The notes under the pieces were generated by a model, which made no database searches, had not been told where the DNA came from, and saw only the letters and a list, made by a program, of their open reading frames with translations. From NCBI GenBank assembly GCA_021817505.1, contig JAKAUU010000015.1:1-49455 (forward strand): a DNA stretch of 49,455 nucleotides, read 5' to 3'. Shown piece by piece: positions 1-9,600 of this stretch. Within the stretch, counting starts at the first letter, position 1, and every line of letters starts with the position of its first letter. The DNA is from Candidatus Micrarchaeota archaeon. Lineage in GTDB: Archaea > Micrarchaeota > Micrarchaeia > Micrarchaeales > CABMGC01. The position numbers and the translations under genes are program-made.

Positions 1-1143
1 CCTTGCAACCCTGCTGTCGCAGAAGAGCTGTCCTACAGGAGAGATCAGCGAGTAGCCGAAGCCGCCGTGGATCTGCACGGCACGGTCTGCGGATTCGAAT
101 GCAAGCCTGCTTGCTATCCTCTTTGCAGAAGCTGATTTGAGATCCGTATCCAGAAGCAGCTCTTTGTTGTCCCTGTTCTTGTCGTATGCCTCCATGCTGA
201 TCGCAGCATTGTAGACAGGCCATTTTGCCATCTCAAGGTTCTGCTTTATTGCAGATATGTGCTGCTGTATCAGCTGGTGCTTGCCTATCTCCTTCCCGTG
301 CTGCACCCTTGATTTTGCCCTTTCGATAGAGGCCTTTAGAGAACCTTCAATGACGCCTATGCATGCAGAGCCTATCCCTATCCTTCCATTCGTGAGAGCG
401 CTGTAGGCCACCCTGAGCCCGTTACCAATGCCCCCAAGAATCTCCGATTCCGGAACGGTGATATCTTCCAGGTTTATCATCGATGTGTCTGCTGCAAAAA
501 GGCCTATCTTTTCCCTTAACTGCGCCTCTACGGAATAGCCGCTCTCTTTCGGATCGATTACAAATGCGGTTATCTCTTCGTCCCTATCAGAGGATTTTGC
601 AAATAGTATCATGTAATTGCATATGGATCCGTTTGATATCAGATACTTCTCCCCGTTTATCACATATGAATTGCCTTCCTTCCTGTAAGTGGTCTTCATT
701 GACGATGGATCGCTGCCTGCTTCCGGCTCCGTCAGTCCGAAAGAGAATATGTATTCGCCTGTTCCGGATTTCGGCAGGTACTTTTTTTTCTGCTCCTCTG
801 TTCCCCATCGTGCTATGGATGGCTGAGATATGAAGGTCTGGACATCAAACAGAGTTGGAAAACTCAGGCCGCTGTGTGCGAGCCTCTGCTGGATTAGCGC
901 ATGTATTATTGGCCTCACGCCGTTTCCGCCATACTCCCTCCCGACGTTCATTGCGAATAAGCCGTACTTCTTCGCTGTTGCAATCGCATCATTGTTGAAC
1001 TCATGCTTGAGGTAGTGCTCGTACTCTGATAGTGATATCTCTTCTGCAGCTTTATCTGCATTCTCAAGCATGCGCTTCTCTTCCTCTGAAATGAGTCCAA
1101 GCCTTGATAGCTCATCTACATCAATACTGAATATACTATCCAT
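1..1143 (-). CDS. Acyl-CoA dehydrogenase, paralogue 2 (3' end runs off window)
   Basis: Manual translation from ATG 1143 is open to the window edge (missed by the ORF track): MDSIFSIDVDELSRLGL...FGLTEPEAGSDP...NGEKYLISNG...QIHGGFGYS...CDSRVAR. Confidence 0.92.
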   Translation of the reverse strand, partial: MDSIFSIDVDELSRLGLISEEEKRMLENADKAAEEISLSEYEHYLKHEFNNDAIATAKKYGLFAMNVGREYGGNGVRPIIHALIQQRLAHSGLSFPTLFDVQTFISQPSIARWGTEEQKKKYLPKSGTGEYIFSFGLTEPEAGSDPSSMKTTYRKEGNSYVINGEKYLISNGSICNYMILFAKSSDRDEEITAFVIDPKESGYSVEAQLREKIGLFAADTSMINLEDITVPESEILGGIGNGLRVAYSALTNGRIGIGSACIGVIEGSLKASIERAKSRVQHGKEIGKHQLIQQHISAIKQNLEMAKWPVYNAAISMEAYDKNRDNKELLLDTDLKSASAKRIASRLAFESADRAVQIHGGFGYSLISPVGQLFCDSRVAR

Positions 1144-1144
1144 C

Positions 1145-1663
1145 TTATCTTCCATCTTTAATGTACCTGTTCTTCAGTTTAACATACTCCTTCCAGTTCT
1201 CCGTTATGCGTTGCTTATGCTCCTTGGTTACTTTCGCCTTTACCTTTGCAGGAACCCCGACCACTATGCTGTTTGAAGGTATCTTTGCGCCTTCAAGAAC
1301 GACAGCCCCTGCAGCTATTATGCACCAGTCGCCTATCTCGGCACCTTCCAGTATTATGCTGCCCATCCCTATCAGGCAGTTTGAACCCACTACGCAGCCA
1401 TGCACTATCGCGTTATGCCCTATTGAGACATTGTCCCCCACGATAGTCGGGTATTTGTTTGCAGTGCCGTGCATTACTGAATTATCCTGGACGCTGACAT
1501 TCCTGCCTATCCTTATATGGTGCATATCTCCCCTCAGCACTACGCCTGGCCATATGCTTGAATCTTTGCCTATTTTTACATCTCCGATGATCGTTGCGCT
1601 CTTTGCTATTAATGCAGATCTGTCGATTCTTGGTTTCTTCCCGTCAAACTCCTCCAATACCAT
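1145..1663 (-). CDS. Gamma-carbonic anhydrase / CaiE-PaaY-like hexapeptide-repeat protein
   Basis: IGDVKIG..SSIWPGVVLRGD, NVSVQDNSVMH, IGHNAIVHGC with three metal-ligand His. Start moved to ATG 1663 (MVLEEF) to avoid overlap with the ACAD gene. Confidence 0.9.
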   Translation of the reverse strand: MVLEEFDGKKPRIDRSALIAKSATIIGDVKIGKDSSIWPGVVLRGDMHHIRIGRNVSVQDNSVMHGTANKYPTIVGDNVSIGHNAIVHGCVVGSNCLIGMGSIILEGAEIGDWCIIAAGAVVLEGAKIPSNSIVVGVPAKVKAKVTKEHKQRITENWKEYVKLKNRYIKDGR

Positions 1664-1667
1664 AATA

Positions 1668-2888
1668 TCACTTATACGCGGCAAACTCTCTTCCAAGTAG
1701 GCTCTCCGCGATCTTAAGATCCTGTATCTCGTCCGTCCCTTCGTATATCCTTGCAACCCTGCTGTCGCAGAAGAGCTGTCCTACAGGAGAGATCAGCGAG
1801 TAGCCGAAGCCGCCGTGGATCTGCACGGCACGGTCTGCGGATTCGAATGCAAGCCTGCTTGCTATCCTCTTTGCAAGAGAGACTCTCAGTTCTACTTCCT
1901 CCATAAGCTGCTTGTCATCATGATTGTGCTCATACTCTGCCTTTCTGAATGCTGCGAAGTAGACCGGCCATTTTGCCATCTCAAGGTTCTGCTTTATTGC
2001 AGATATGTGCTGCTGTATCAGCTGGTGCTTCCCTATCTCCTTCCCGTGCTGCACCCTTGATTTTGCCCTTTCGATAGAGGCCCTTAACGAACCCTCTATC
2101 ACACCGACGCAGCTTGCTGCGACACCGAGCCTTGCATTCAACAGTGCAGAATATGCTACGTTCATGCCCTTCCCGACAGGGCCCAGAACATTCTCCTTTG
2201 GAACAGATACATCGTCAAACTCGATCATCCCCGTGTCTGATGTGAAGAGACCGATTTTCTCATGAAGCTCCGTCCTGCTTATGCCGTTTGCTTTTGTGTC
2301 GACTATGAAAGCGGTTATCTCCTTTTGCGATCCCTTTTCATGTGCAAAGACGATCATGTGATCGGCGATGGTGCCGTTTGAGATCAGGTACTTTGTCCCG
2401 TTTAGCAGATAGTTTCCGCTCTTTTCTTCATATGCAGTTTGCAATGAGGCAGGATCGCTGCCTGCTTCAGGCTCCGTCAGTCCAAAGGCATAGACTCTTT
2501 CACTCTTGACGGCTCTTGGCAGATGCTCTTCTTTTTGCGCAGTATTCCCCCATCGCTGTATGGTCTGCGCGCACAGGAACATCTGAACGTTTATGAAGCT
2601 CGATATGCCAAGGCCCAACTGCCCAAGCCTTTGCTTCACAAGGACGGAGACTATTGGATTCATTCCAAGGCCCCCGTATTCCTTGCTTATCGGGATTCCA
2701 AGAAGGCCATACTTTGCAAGTATTCCGGGAGCTTCTTTGTTGAATTCATGTTTCAGGTAATGCTCGTACTCAAGGATAGAGAGTTCCTCTGCAGCTTTAT
2801 CCGCATTCTCTACTGCTTTCAGCTCTTCGGCGCTTAACTTGTACAAACTACGCATATCATTTACCGATCTGCTGAAGGTTTCTTCCAT
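1668..2888 (-). CDS. Acyl-CoA dehydrogenase, paralogue 1
   Basis: AFGLTEPEAGSDP, NGTKYLISNG, QIHGGFGY and IYEGT (catalytic Glu). Confidence 0.95.
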   Translation of the reverse strand: MEETFSRSVNDMRSLYKLSAEELKAVENADKAAEELSILEYEHYLKHEFNKEAPGILAKYGLLGIPISKEYGGLGMNPIVSVLVKQRLGQLGLGISSFINVQMFLCAQTIQRWGNTAQKEEHLPRAVKSERVYAFGLTEPEAGSDPASLQTAYEEKSGNYLLNGTKYLISNGTIADHMIVFAHEKGSQKEITAFIVDTKANGISRTELHEKIGLFTSDTGMIEFDDVSVPKENVLGPVGKGMNVAYSALLNARLGVAASCVGVIEGSLRASIERAKSRVQHGKEIGKHQLIQQHISAIKQNLEMAKWPVYFAAFRKAEYEHNHDDKQLMEEVELRVSLAKRIASRLAFESADRAVQIHGGFGYSLISPVGQLFCDSRVARIYEGTDEIQDLKIAESLLGREFAAYK

Positions 2889-2892
2889 ATGT

Positions 2893-3333
2893 TCAACTCT
2901 TGCTTATCTCCTGCTTGGCATTGGTTATTATCTTTTGAACGTATTCTTCTGTTATCTTGCGTATCACAGGTTCGCCTATTCCGCCCATTATGCCCTTGAT
3001 CTCTATTACGCTCTTCCATTTTACCCCTGTCGCACCGCCTTTGGAATAAGGATTGATCGTCAGAGTCACTTTCACCTGGCTGCCTAATCCCTTCCCGTCT
3101 ATCAGATAGGTGTATGCATCGCCATCGGTTGAAAGGCTGCAGTTAAGCGGGAGAGAACCTTTTACTACTCCCAGTCCAGGCTCTATGTTCATTGTAAAAT
3201 GAGTGTCATCCTTCTTTGAGAAGTTGCCTGAATCAGGTATGCAGGCCGCCACCTTTTCCACGTTCTTTACAAAGTTGCGCACGGCTTCTATCGATGCATT
3301 GAACTCTTCATCCCCTCCAAAATCTACCTGCAT
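2893..3333 (-). CDS. CoxG / SRPBCC (START-like) family protein
   Basis: 146 aa; VAACIP motif, beta-rich core and C-terminal helix (GGIGEPVIRKITEEY) typical of CoxG; in an operon with the ACADs. Confidence 0.75.
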   Translation of the reverse strand: MQVDFGGDEEFNASIEAVRNFVKNVEKVAACIPDSGNFSKKDDTHFTMNIEPGLGVVKGSLPLNCSLSTDGDAYTYLIDGKGLGSQVKVTLTINPYSKGGATGVKWKSVIEIKGIMGGIGEPVIRKITEEYVQKIITNAKQEISKS

Positions 3334-3400
3334 GCTTTCCTATTTCCTCTAAAGCTTTAATACTTTCGTGTATTTTAGAGGGAAGCAAATTGATTTGTGA

Positions 3401-3447
3401 TATCTACCACCTATAAATGGCGTGGGATTTCCCGCTCACTTTGTTAA
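3401..3447. mobile_element. Possible degenerate IS200/IS605-type end hairpin (solo end)
   Basis: Imperfect palindrome CCAC-C-TATAAAT-GGC-GTGGG followed by TTTCCCGCTCAC in an intergenic region; no transposase nearby. Confidence 0.3.
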
Positions 3448-3572
3448 TCTTTTTACTGCAATAGAGATTACGGGAAGGTTGGATGTTTGCTTTTAGACAT
3501 ATTACAGAGGAATATTTTTCGTAGAGTATTTAAGAAGCATCTCTGACACTTACCTTAGAAGTTGGTAAGTGG

Positions 3573-5081
3573 ATGGGCAAAAAGGCAAATGCCAAAAAGG
3601 GTTTGGGGAAGAAGCCCGCAGTTTCGGGAATCAGGTCCGCCGGCAAGATCATTGAGTCGGTTTCCGAAGATGCGATGATACACAAGCTGCCTTCCTATGC
3701 GAACAGCTTCTTCTACTCGCTTGGCTTCCTTATGCTTGTATGTTTTGTGATACTGGTAATAACAGGGATGACCATGCTTTTCTTCGGGCAGGCGTGGTGG
3801 CAGCTCGCCCCCCTGGGCATCTTCACCCGCAGCGTCCATCTCTGGGCCGCGATGGCGTTCGCATTCTTCCTGGTATTGCACGCGTTCGTCGGCTTTTCGA
3901 CCTCTTCATTTAAGTCGACACGAAAGCTGCTGTGGGTTCTTGGCAGCATAATGCTGTTCATAGTGCTGGTGCAGATAGAGTTTGGATACGGTCTGCGAGG
4001 GGACTTTTCTTCCCAGTACAGGGCGCTTGCGGGAGCGGACTTCTGGAACGGGTCGGGACTGGGAGCATGGTTCAACGTGCTGAACTACGGGCAGCTGCTG
4101 TCGGTCCACACTGTGATAATTCCAATAATACTGATTGCGATAATAGCGCTGCATTACTCAATCGTTAAGAAGCTCGGCATTGCCAAGCCCTACAGGAAAG
4201 ACGTCCATTACAAGATGGTGCCTGCCGACCATGTTTCAATGGGAGTGAGGGCAGCAGCAGTCATTGTCATCATACTCTTTCTTGCCAGGACCGTTCCTTC
4301 CCCGTATATTCCTCCTGTGACCATCCAGCAGATAACTGCCAGCAATCCGCAGCTCATAGCAACTACTCTCATGTCGGAGTTGAATGGTACATCAGGTACG
4401 GCCACATACATGGATAACATAGACCCGTATACCTTCAACACGGCGCAGATATACGTGATAACCCCATATCTGGAATACGTGAATATGACAATGGTCAATA
4501 ATTCATATGCCATCTTCAACTCGGAGAACTCCTCGACGCAGAAGAAGAATATGGATTATGCTTCGGCGTACTTTGCGCGCAACGGGAGCATGAACTACAC
4601 CAACAACACAGACCCGGTAATAGCCATGGTGAGCGCAGTGGAGCTTGAGGCCAGGAGCGGCGTGTATGATTACTATCTTGAGCACGCAAGCCCCGCGGTA
4701 AATGACGAGACCTACGAACTCAGGTTTCTCTCAGACACGGGATACCTTGATGAAAAGGCGGCGCAGGTCGGCATAAACCTCACCGAGTACGGGATGGTAA
4801 AGGATGAGTATGGCTCAGGGCTGCTGCCGCCTAACTCATGGTGGATGCTTCCTTACAACGTCATAGACAATACAATATGGGCAAACGACCCGAACCAGGA
4901 CGCTGACGGGGCGCTCCTGCTGCTGCTGGTCTGGCTCGCGTTCGTAGCAGTACCTTGGATACCATTTGTGAACGAGCTTCCTGACAGGCTGGGCCTTTAC
5001 AAGCTCTTCTGGAGAGAACGCCCTGGGCATGAGCATTATCCGAAGGACTGGGGCAGATTGTTCAGGAAGAAGCGCAAATGA
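3573..5081 (+). CDS. Cytochrome b/b6-like membrane protein with a large extracytoplasmic insertion
   Basis: YSLGFLMLVCFVILVITG; His pairs RSVHLW...VLHAF and SVHTV...ALHYS; C-terminal WWMLPY and hydrophobic helix resembling subunit IV. Confidence 0.8.
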   Translation: MGKKANAKKGLGKKPAVSGIRSAGKIIESVSEDAMIHKLPSYANSFFYSLGFLMLVCFVILVITGMTMLFFGQAWWQLAPLGIFTRSVHLWAAMAFAFFLVLHAFVGFSTSSFKSTRKLLWVLGSIMLFIVLVQIEFGYGLRGDFSSQYRALAGADFWNGSGLGAWFNVLNYGQLLSVHTVIIPIILIAIIALHYSIVKKLGIAKPYRKDVHYKMVPADHVSMGVRAAAVIVIILFLARTVPSPYIPPVTIQQITASNPQLIATTLMSELNGTSGTATYMDNIDPYTFNTAQIYVITPYLEYVNMTMVNNSYAIFNSENSSTQKKNMDYASAYFARNGSMNYTNNTDPVIAMVSAVELEARSGVYDYYLEHASPAVNDETYELRFLSDTGYLDEKAAQVGINLTEYGMVKDEYGSGLLPPNSWWMLPYNVIDNTIWANDPNQDADGALLLLLVWLAFVAVPWIPFVNELPDRLGLYKLFWRERPGHEHYPKDWGRLFRKKRK

Positions 5082-5104
5082 TATTATGTGTAAGATGTGA
5101 TAAG

Positions 5105-5749
5105 ATGGTTTTGTCCCAAATTGAAACGGAACTCTCGACAGCGCTGTTCTTCATTCTGAGCTTTTCGCTTGCATACATGCTGACGACAAAATATACACAG
5201 ACCAAGCAAGGGCGTTTCCTCTTCTGGGCTCTTGGAATGTGGGCGTTTTTCATCGGAGACGTTCTTGAATTTGTATTTGCAACAGGCATCTACAGCGTCT
5301 TTCTTGCGGATATCTACCTCTTTGCGATAGCGATACTGCCCGGACTCCTGGCCATAGGCTCGATGCAGTACGTGAAGTCAGGTCTTGTTCGCCGGGGTTA
5401 TTATATATTCAACATGCTCGCGGCGGTCCTGCTGCTGTACTATCTTGCTACCGAGAATGTTGGAAACATGATGGTCAGTTATGTGGTTGCAGGCATGCCG
5501 CCTATGGACGTGATCAACGCATCCACAATCATCACCGTGCCAGCCACGATAGTGATAGTGGTCGCAGCTCTTCTCTCGTACAGGCGCAAGAAGGACATAT
5601 GGCTTCTGAGCATAGTGGTCGGGATACTCGGGTTTGCAATCGCGGGCAGCCTTTATGCATTGAACGTGGCACCGCTCTTGCTGTACTATGCAGAGTTTGT
5701 AGGGCTCATCTTCCTGTGGGCAGGGTTTTACAAGTCAACCTACAGATGA
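5105..5749 (+). CDS. Hypothetical polytopic (~7 TM) membrane protein
   Basis: About seven hydrophobic segments; start at MVLSQ. Confidence 0.7.
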   Translation: MVLSQIETELSTALFFILSFSLAYMLTTKYTQTKQGRFLFWALGMWAFFIGDVLEFVFATGIYSVFLADIYLFAIAILPGLLAIGSMQYVKSGLVRRGYYIFNMLAAVLLLYYLATENVGNMMVSYVVAGMPPMDVINASTIITVPATIVIVVAALLSYRRKKDIWLLSIVVGILGFAIAGSLYALNVAPLLLYYAEFVGLIFLWAGFYKSTYR

Positions 5750-5761
5750 CATCATAGATTC

Positions 5762-5794
5762 GCATGGCATAGCCCGCCATGCATTTTGCCTTTT
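5762..5794 (+). terminator. Hairpin plus T-tract terminator candidate
   Basis: GCATGGC-atagccc-GCCATGC followed by ATTTTGCCTTTT, just after the stop at 5749. Confidence 0.4.
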
Positions 5795-5854
5795 GCATAA
5801 ACGGATAATGGACAATCAGGCATAGATTAAAAGGATTAATGCAAATCTGTTATC

Positions 5855-6742
5855 ATGACCACGGGGGTTTATGCAGACAGGGTTACAAAATTGTTCAGGA
5901 AGACGGTGGCTTTGGACAAGACCAGTCTTTCCATAGACAAGGGCATGAACATAGTCATAGGCCCTAACGGAGCAGGGAAGAGCACGCTGCTGAGATGCAT
6001 CGGGGGATTATACAAACCGGATTCAGGAAAGGTGAGGATCTTCGGCAGTGATCCGTATTATGATGATGATGCCAGGGGCAGGGTCTCCCTTCTCTCCGAT
6101 AACTATGCACTGTATGACAAGCTCTCTGTAATGAAGAACCTGCTCTTCTTCGGCAAGCTCTATGGGAACAGCAATGCTGAAACTGTTGAGATATCAAGAA
6201 CATTTCTCAAGAAGCTTGATGCCTACCAGTACATAGACAAGAAGGCCGGAGAACTTAGCAGGGGTACGAAGCAGAAGATAGCCATCTGCAGGGCGCTGCT
6301 TGGAGACCCCGGCGTCTTCCTGCTTGACGAGCCTACCGCTTTCCTTGATGCAGCCTCTGCCGAGAAGGTTCACCTTATGCTTGAGGAATTTGCCTCAAAC
6401 GGCAAGATAGTGATATATGCCACACAGAGGCTTAACGAGGCTGCTAGGTTCAACGCAAATCTCTTCATAATCAAGAGAGGAAGGATATCGAAGACGCTCA
6501 AACATAGCGATCTTTACGGCAGCATACTGAGAGATGCCAAGATCAACATAAAACTTGCGGATCCTGTGAATGCATCTATTGCGAATAAGGTCCCACATTT
6601 TGAAGAAGCACTGGGTTCTAACATAAGGATAAAGGTCAGGAATTACAAGGACATAAACGATTCGGTAAGATACCTTATTGACAAAGGAGCGTATATCATC
6701 AGCATAGATTATACCGAACCTCTTATAGAGGACATGTTGTGA
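5855..6742 (+). CDS. ABC transporter ATP-binding protein
   Basis: Walker A GPNGAGKST, signature LSRGTKQK, Walker B FLLDEPT. Confidence 0.93.
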   Translation: MTTGVYADRVTKLFRKTVALDKTSLSIDKGMNIVIGPNGAGKSTLLRCIGGLYKPDSGKVRIFGSDPYYDDDARGRVSLLSDNYALYDKLSVMKNLLFFGKLYGNSNAETVEISRTFLKKLDAYQYIDKKAGELSRGTKQKIAICRALLGDPGVFLLDEPTAFLDAASAEKVHLMLEEFASNGKIVIYATQRLNEAARFNANLFIIKRGRISKTLKHSDLYGSILRDAKINIKLADPVNASIANKVPHFEEALGSNIRIKVRNYKDINDSVRYLIDKGAYIISIDYTEPLIEDML

Positions 6743-6746
6743 TTGG

Positions 6747-7526
6747 ATGGATTTGAAGAAATCATATGCAGTAATGGTTAACGACCTTAGCGAGGTATTC
6801 AGCAGCAGGGCGATATACATGCCCATGATTGCCGTTCCTGTGTTCTTCGCGCTGCTCTTTCCCATACTTACATTTTACATAAGCACTTACAACCTAAGCG
6901 GCATTGCCACCCGTATAATAGGCACGGCAGAGCAGATATCCAGCACGCAGGTCAACGGCGCGGTGTTCATGTCATATTTCGCCATATACGTCCTGGGCCC
7001 GACCTTCATGACTATGCCGATATTCACCGCTTCGGTGATAGCTGCGGACAGCTTTGCCGGTGAAAAGGAGCGTAGAACCTCGGAAGCGCTTCTCTCCACT
7101 CCGATAAAGACATCGGAATTGCTTGTAGGCAAGATATTCGCTTCGCTTCTGCCAACAATTCTTTTGACTTTGGTCGTATTTGGAATATACGGATCGACGA
7201 TAAATTACCTTGCATTCAAGGCCTTCGATACCTATCTGCTCCCTACAACCTCATGGATACTGATAATACTGCTATCGCCGTTCCTCTCTCTTGCAGCAAT
7301 AGGAGTGGTAGTGCTTGTATCATCGCATGTAAGCGGCATAAAGGAGGCGCAGCAGATAAGCTCACTTGTAGTTCTCCCTGTATTGGTATTGCCTTTTGCC
7401 TCGATATTCGGGATATTTGACCTTACGCCAACATTCTTCTACGAATTACTTGCACTGCTGATTCTCTTTGATGCGGTGATAATATACATAGGGATAAAGA
7501 GCTTCAAGAAGGAGAATATCCTCTGA
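6747..7526 (+). CDS. ABC-2 type permease
   Basis: SFAGEKERRTSEALLSTP motif, six TM segments, adjacent to the ATPase. Confidence 0.9.
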   Translation: MDLKKSYAVMVNDLSEVFSSRAIYMPMIAVPVFFALLFPILTFYISTYNLSGIATRIIGTAEQISSTQVNGAVFMSYFAIYVLGPTFMTMPIFTASVIAADSFAGEKERRTSEALLSTPIKTSELLVGKIFASLLPTILLTLVVFGIYGSTINYLAFKAFDTYLLPTTSWILIILLSPFLSLAAIGVVVLVSSHVSGIKEAQQISSLVVLPVLVLPFASIFGIFDLTPTFFYELLALLILFDAVIIYIGIKSFKKENIL

Positions 7527-8261
7527 TTATCTTCGTGTTCCAAACCAGTCTATGAGCAGCGCTATGAACTCCTCCTGCCACTCGGGATTTGAGAACTGGT
7601 GGTCTGCGCCTTTGATTACTACGTGCTTGAGGGATTCCGGTTTTGCCGTCTTTATTATCAATTCGATTATCCTGTGAGGGATCACCTGGTCGTGCTCCGC
7701 CGTTATGAGCAGTATCCTGTTTCTGAATGCGGATATTGAATTCAGTGCAATATTATTGCGCGGACCTTCTCCTTCTTTTGCAAGGCGCATCGATTGCATC
7801 GAATTCTTTGCCTTGCTGCTGTATTCATCAGTGTATATTGCAGGTACACGGAGCACAATTGACCCTATCTTCCTTTTTGATGCGAGTACAGATGCTAAGT
7901 ACCCACCGTAACTAGTGCCCACCACGCTTATTTTGTCTTTGTCCACATTTTCCTGTGAAGCAAGGAAGTCATACGCTGCCACTGTAGCGCTAATGTTTTC
8001 ATTTAATGTAACTGTTTCCAGGTTTCCTGTGCTGTTTCCATGTCCAAGAAGGTCGAATGTCAGACAAATGTAGCCAAGCTTTACAAGAGGCTCTGCCCTT
8101 TTTGCGTATCCTGATTCATTGCTTGACCATCCGTGTATGAACAGCACTGCCGGGCATTTTCCAGTTGCGTTTTCAGGAGTGAATACAGTACCGCTTACAG
8201 TGCCGTCCCCTACTGCAAAACTTATCTTCTTCGTTGGCATTTTACCATCGCTTTTACGCAT
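7527..8261 (-). CDS. Alpha/beta hydrolase (S9/esterase-like)
   Basis: HGW oxyanion motif, GHGNS, nucleophile GTSYGG, D (EHDQVI), H (GADHQF). Confidence 0.88.
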   Translation of the reverse strand: MRKSDGKMPTKKISFAVGDGTVSGTVFTPENATGKCPAVLFIHGWSSNESGYAKRAEPLVKLGYICLTFDLLGHGNSTGNLETVTLNENISATVAAYDFLASQENVDKDKISVVGTSYGGYLASVLASKRKIGSIVLRVPAIYTDEYSSKAKNSMQSMRLAKEGEGPRNNIALNSISAFRNRILLITAEHDQVIPHRIIELIIKTAKPESLKHVVIKGADHQFSNPEWQEEFIALLIDWFGTRR

Positions 8262-8288
8262 GTTAAGGAATAGACACAGAGGCAGTAT

Positions 8289-8624
8289 TTAATTCTCTCT
8301 CTTATGTCTTGCGAGAAGATTTATCATTGCGGAACATGCCCTTGCACTGTCCCAGCTGTTTAGTGCACGAAGATTGGCCACCCTGTTGCTCATCTCCAAG
8401 CTGCCTGCCATGGCCCTGGCCTTTTCCTCAGTACTTTGTAGCAGCGTAGCAAGCTTTCTGCCATGCCTCTCTGCCATTATGAAATCGTCTATAGCTTCCG
8501 ATGCCTTGCCTTCCACCAGCGCATTGACTCCTTCCCTGTCATATGTCTCGAATGCTATCCTGTGCAGTTCGGTAAATTTCTTGCTACTGTATAAGGTAGT
8601 GTGTCCCAAACTAATCACTTCCAA
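8289..8624 (-). CDS. Hypothetical helical protein
   Basis: 111 aa ORF filling the gap between genes; no recognised motif. Confidence 0.5.
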   Translation of the reverse strand: MEVISLGHTTLYSSKKFTELHRIAFETYDREGVNALVEGKASEAIDDFIMAERHGRKLATLLQSTEEKARAMAGSLEMSNRVANLRALNSWDSARACSAMINLLARHKREN

Positions 8625-8715
8625 AACAATTATGCCTTTTTTGATTTTTAAAGCTTACTTGCCATACGGCATTATACCCTAATAACGGTTTTATAGCCTT
8701 AAGGAATTGCAACTA

Positions 8716-8756
8716 TGGGCCCGCGGAGAGTCGGACTCCAGTTGCTACCGTGTGAA
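8716..8756 (-). repeat. att-like copy of the tRNA-Val 3' half
   Basis: 37/41 nt identical to 9601-9641 (anticodon loop to discriminator). Confidence 0.9.
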
Positions 8757-8784
8757 TTGGGCTGTCTATCTGGAGCTTTTATTA

Positions 8785-9585
8785 TTAATCAAGAATGTCT
8801 GATTTTGATTTGTAAGTAAGCATCGATTTTATGTTTTGGGCTTTTATATTCTTTTTTAATTCTTTTTCTATGAACATAAGCGATTCACTAGCTAATCTTA
8901 ATGAAGATGTATAGACTTTCGCAGTGTCGGTTGTGCCAACTAATGCAAAACATATAGGATAATCTATGGCAAAGTGTATGGGTTTCTTTTTTGCTGCGGA
9001 TAGTTGATCCCAAAGTATGTTTTCGCTTACGATACGCATGTTATTTGCAATTATTATGGGATTCTGTGAAGCTTCTGCTATCATATATGCTGCATATCTT
9101 ATCAAACGCGTATCATTTGCAATCTTTCCATTTCTAACCTTGCCTGCATATTCCAATAGATTTCTACAGGAATGCTCCAACATACTCTGTATATCTTCAC
9201 TACTGGCGTGTATTGTTCTAATTTTATCTAAAATTCTTTTGACGTTCCCATTCTTGTCAAAAAGTATTAGGTTACTCTTAGCGCTTCTGTCATATTGCAC
9301 ATCCAAACCTTTTGGGGTACTATATTTATCTATTGCCATAAACCATATGTCGACCTGAATCTTATCATCGAAATAGAAAAATTTCTTAAGCTTAGATTTT
9401 GGCTTCGTTAATGCAATAATATCAATGTCACTATATGGACCTTGGTCTCCCCTAGCTACACTGCCGTTAACTATTATACCTAAAACATTAGGATCTTTTT
9501 TCAGAATATTCTCTCTTGCATGATTTAGGGCTTTATTAAAACGTTTTCTTAGCGATTCCCTATCTAATCTCATATTTTTATTCAT
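8785..9585 (-). CDS. Kanamycin nucleotidyltransferase (ANT(4')/KNTase)-like protein
   Basis: GSVARGDQGPYSDIDI and LLEYAGKVRN resemble KNTase GSLGRQTDGPYSDIE and LFEYAGKWRN; markedly AT-rich (one sampled 60-nt line was 28% GC). Confidence 0.75.
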   Translation of the reverse strand: MNKNMRLDRESLRKRFNKALNHARENILKKDPNVLGIIVNGSVARGDQGPYSDIDIIALTKPKSKLKKFFYFDDKIQVDIWFMAIDKYSTPKGLDVQYDRSAKSNLILFDKNGNVKRILDKIRTIHASSEDIQSMLEHSCRNLLEYAGKVRNGKIANDTRLIRYAAYMIAEASQNPIIIANNMRIVSENILWDQLSAAKKKPIHFAIDYPICFALVGTTDTAKVYTSSLRLASESLMFIEKELKKNIKAQNIKSMLTYKSKSDILD

Positions 9586-9600
9586 CGTATCCCGATTCAG

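Noticed and set aside
483-1276. Short plus-strand ORFs and apparent pseudogene at the window start
   Set aside because: A minus-strand ACAD frame is fully open from 1143 to 1; it was missed only because its stop is outside the window
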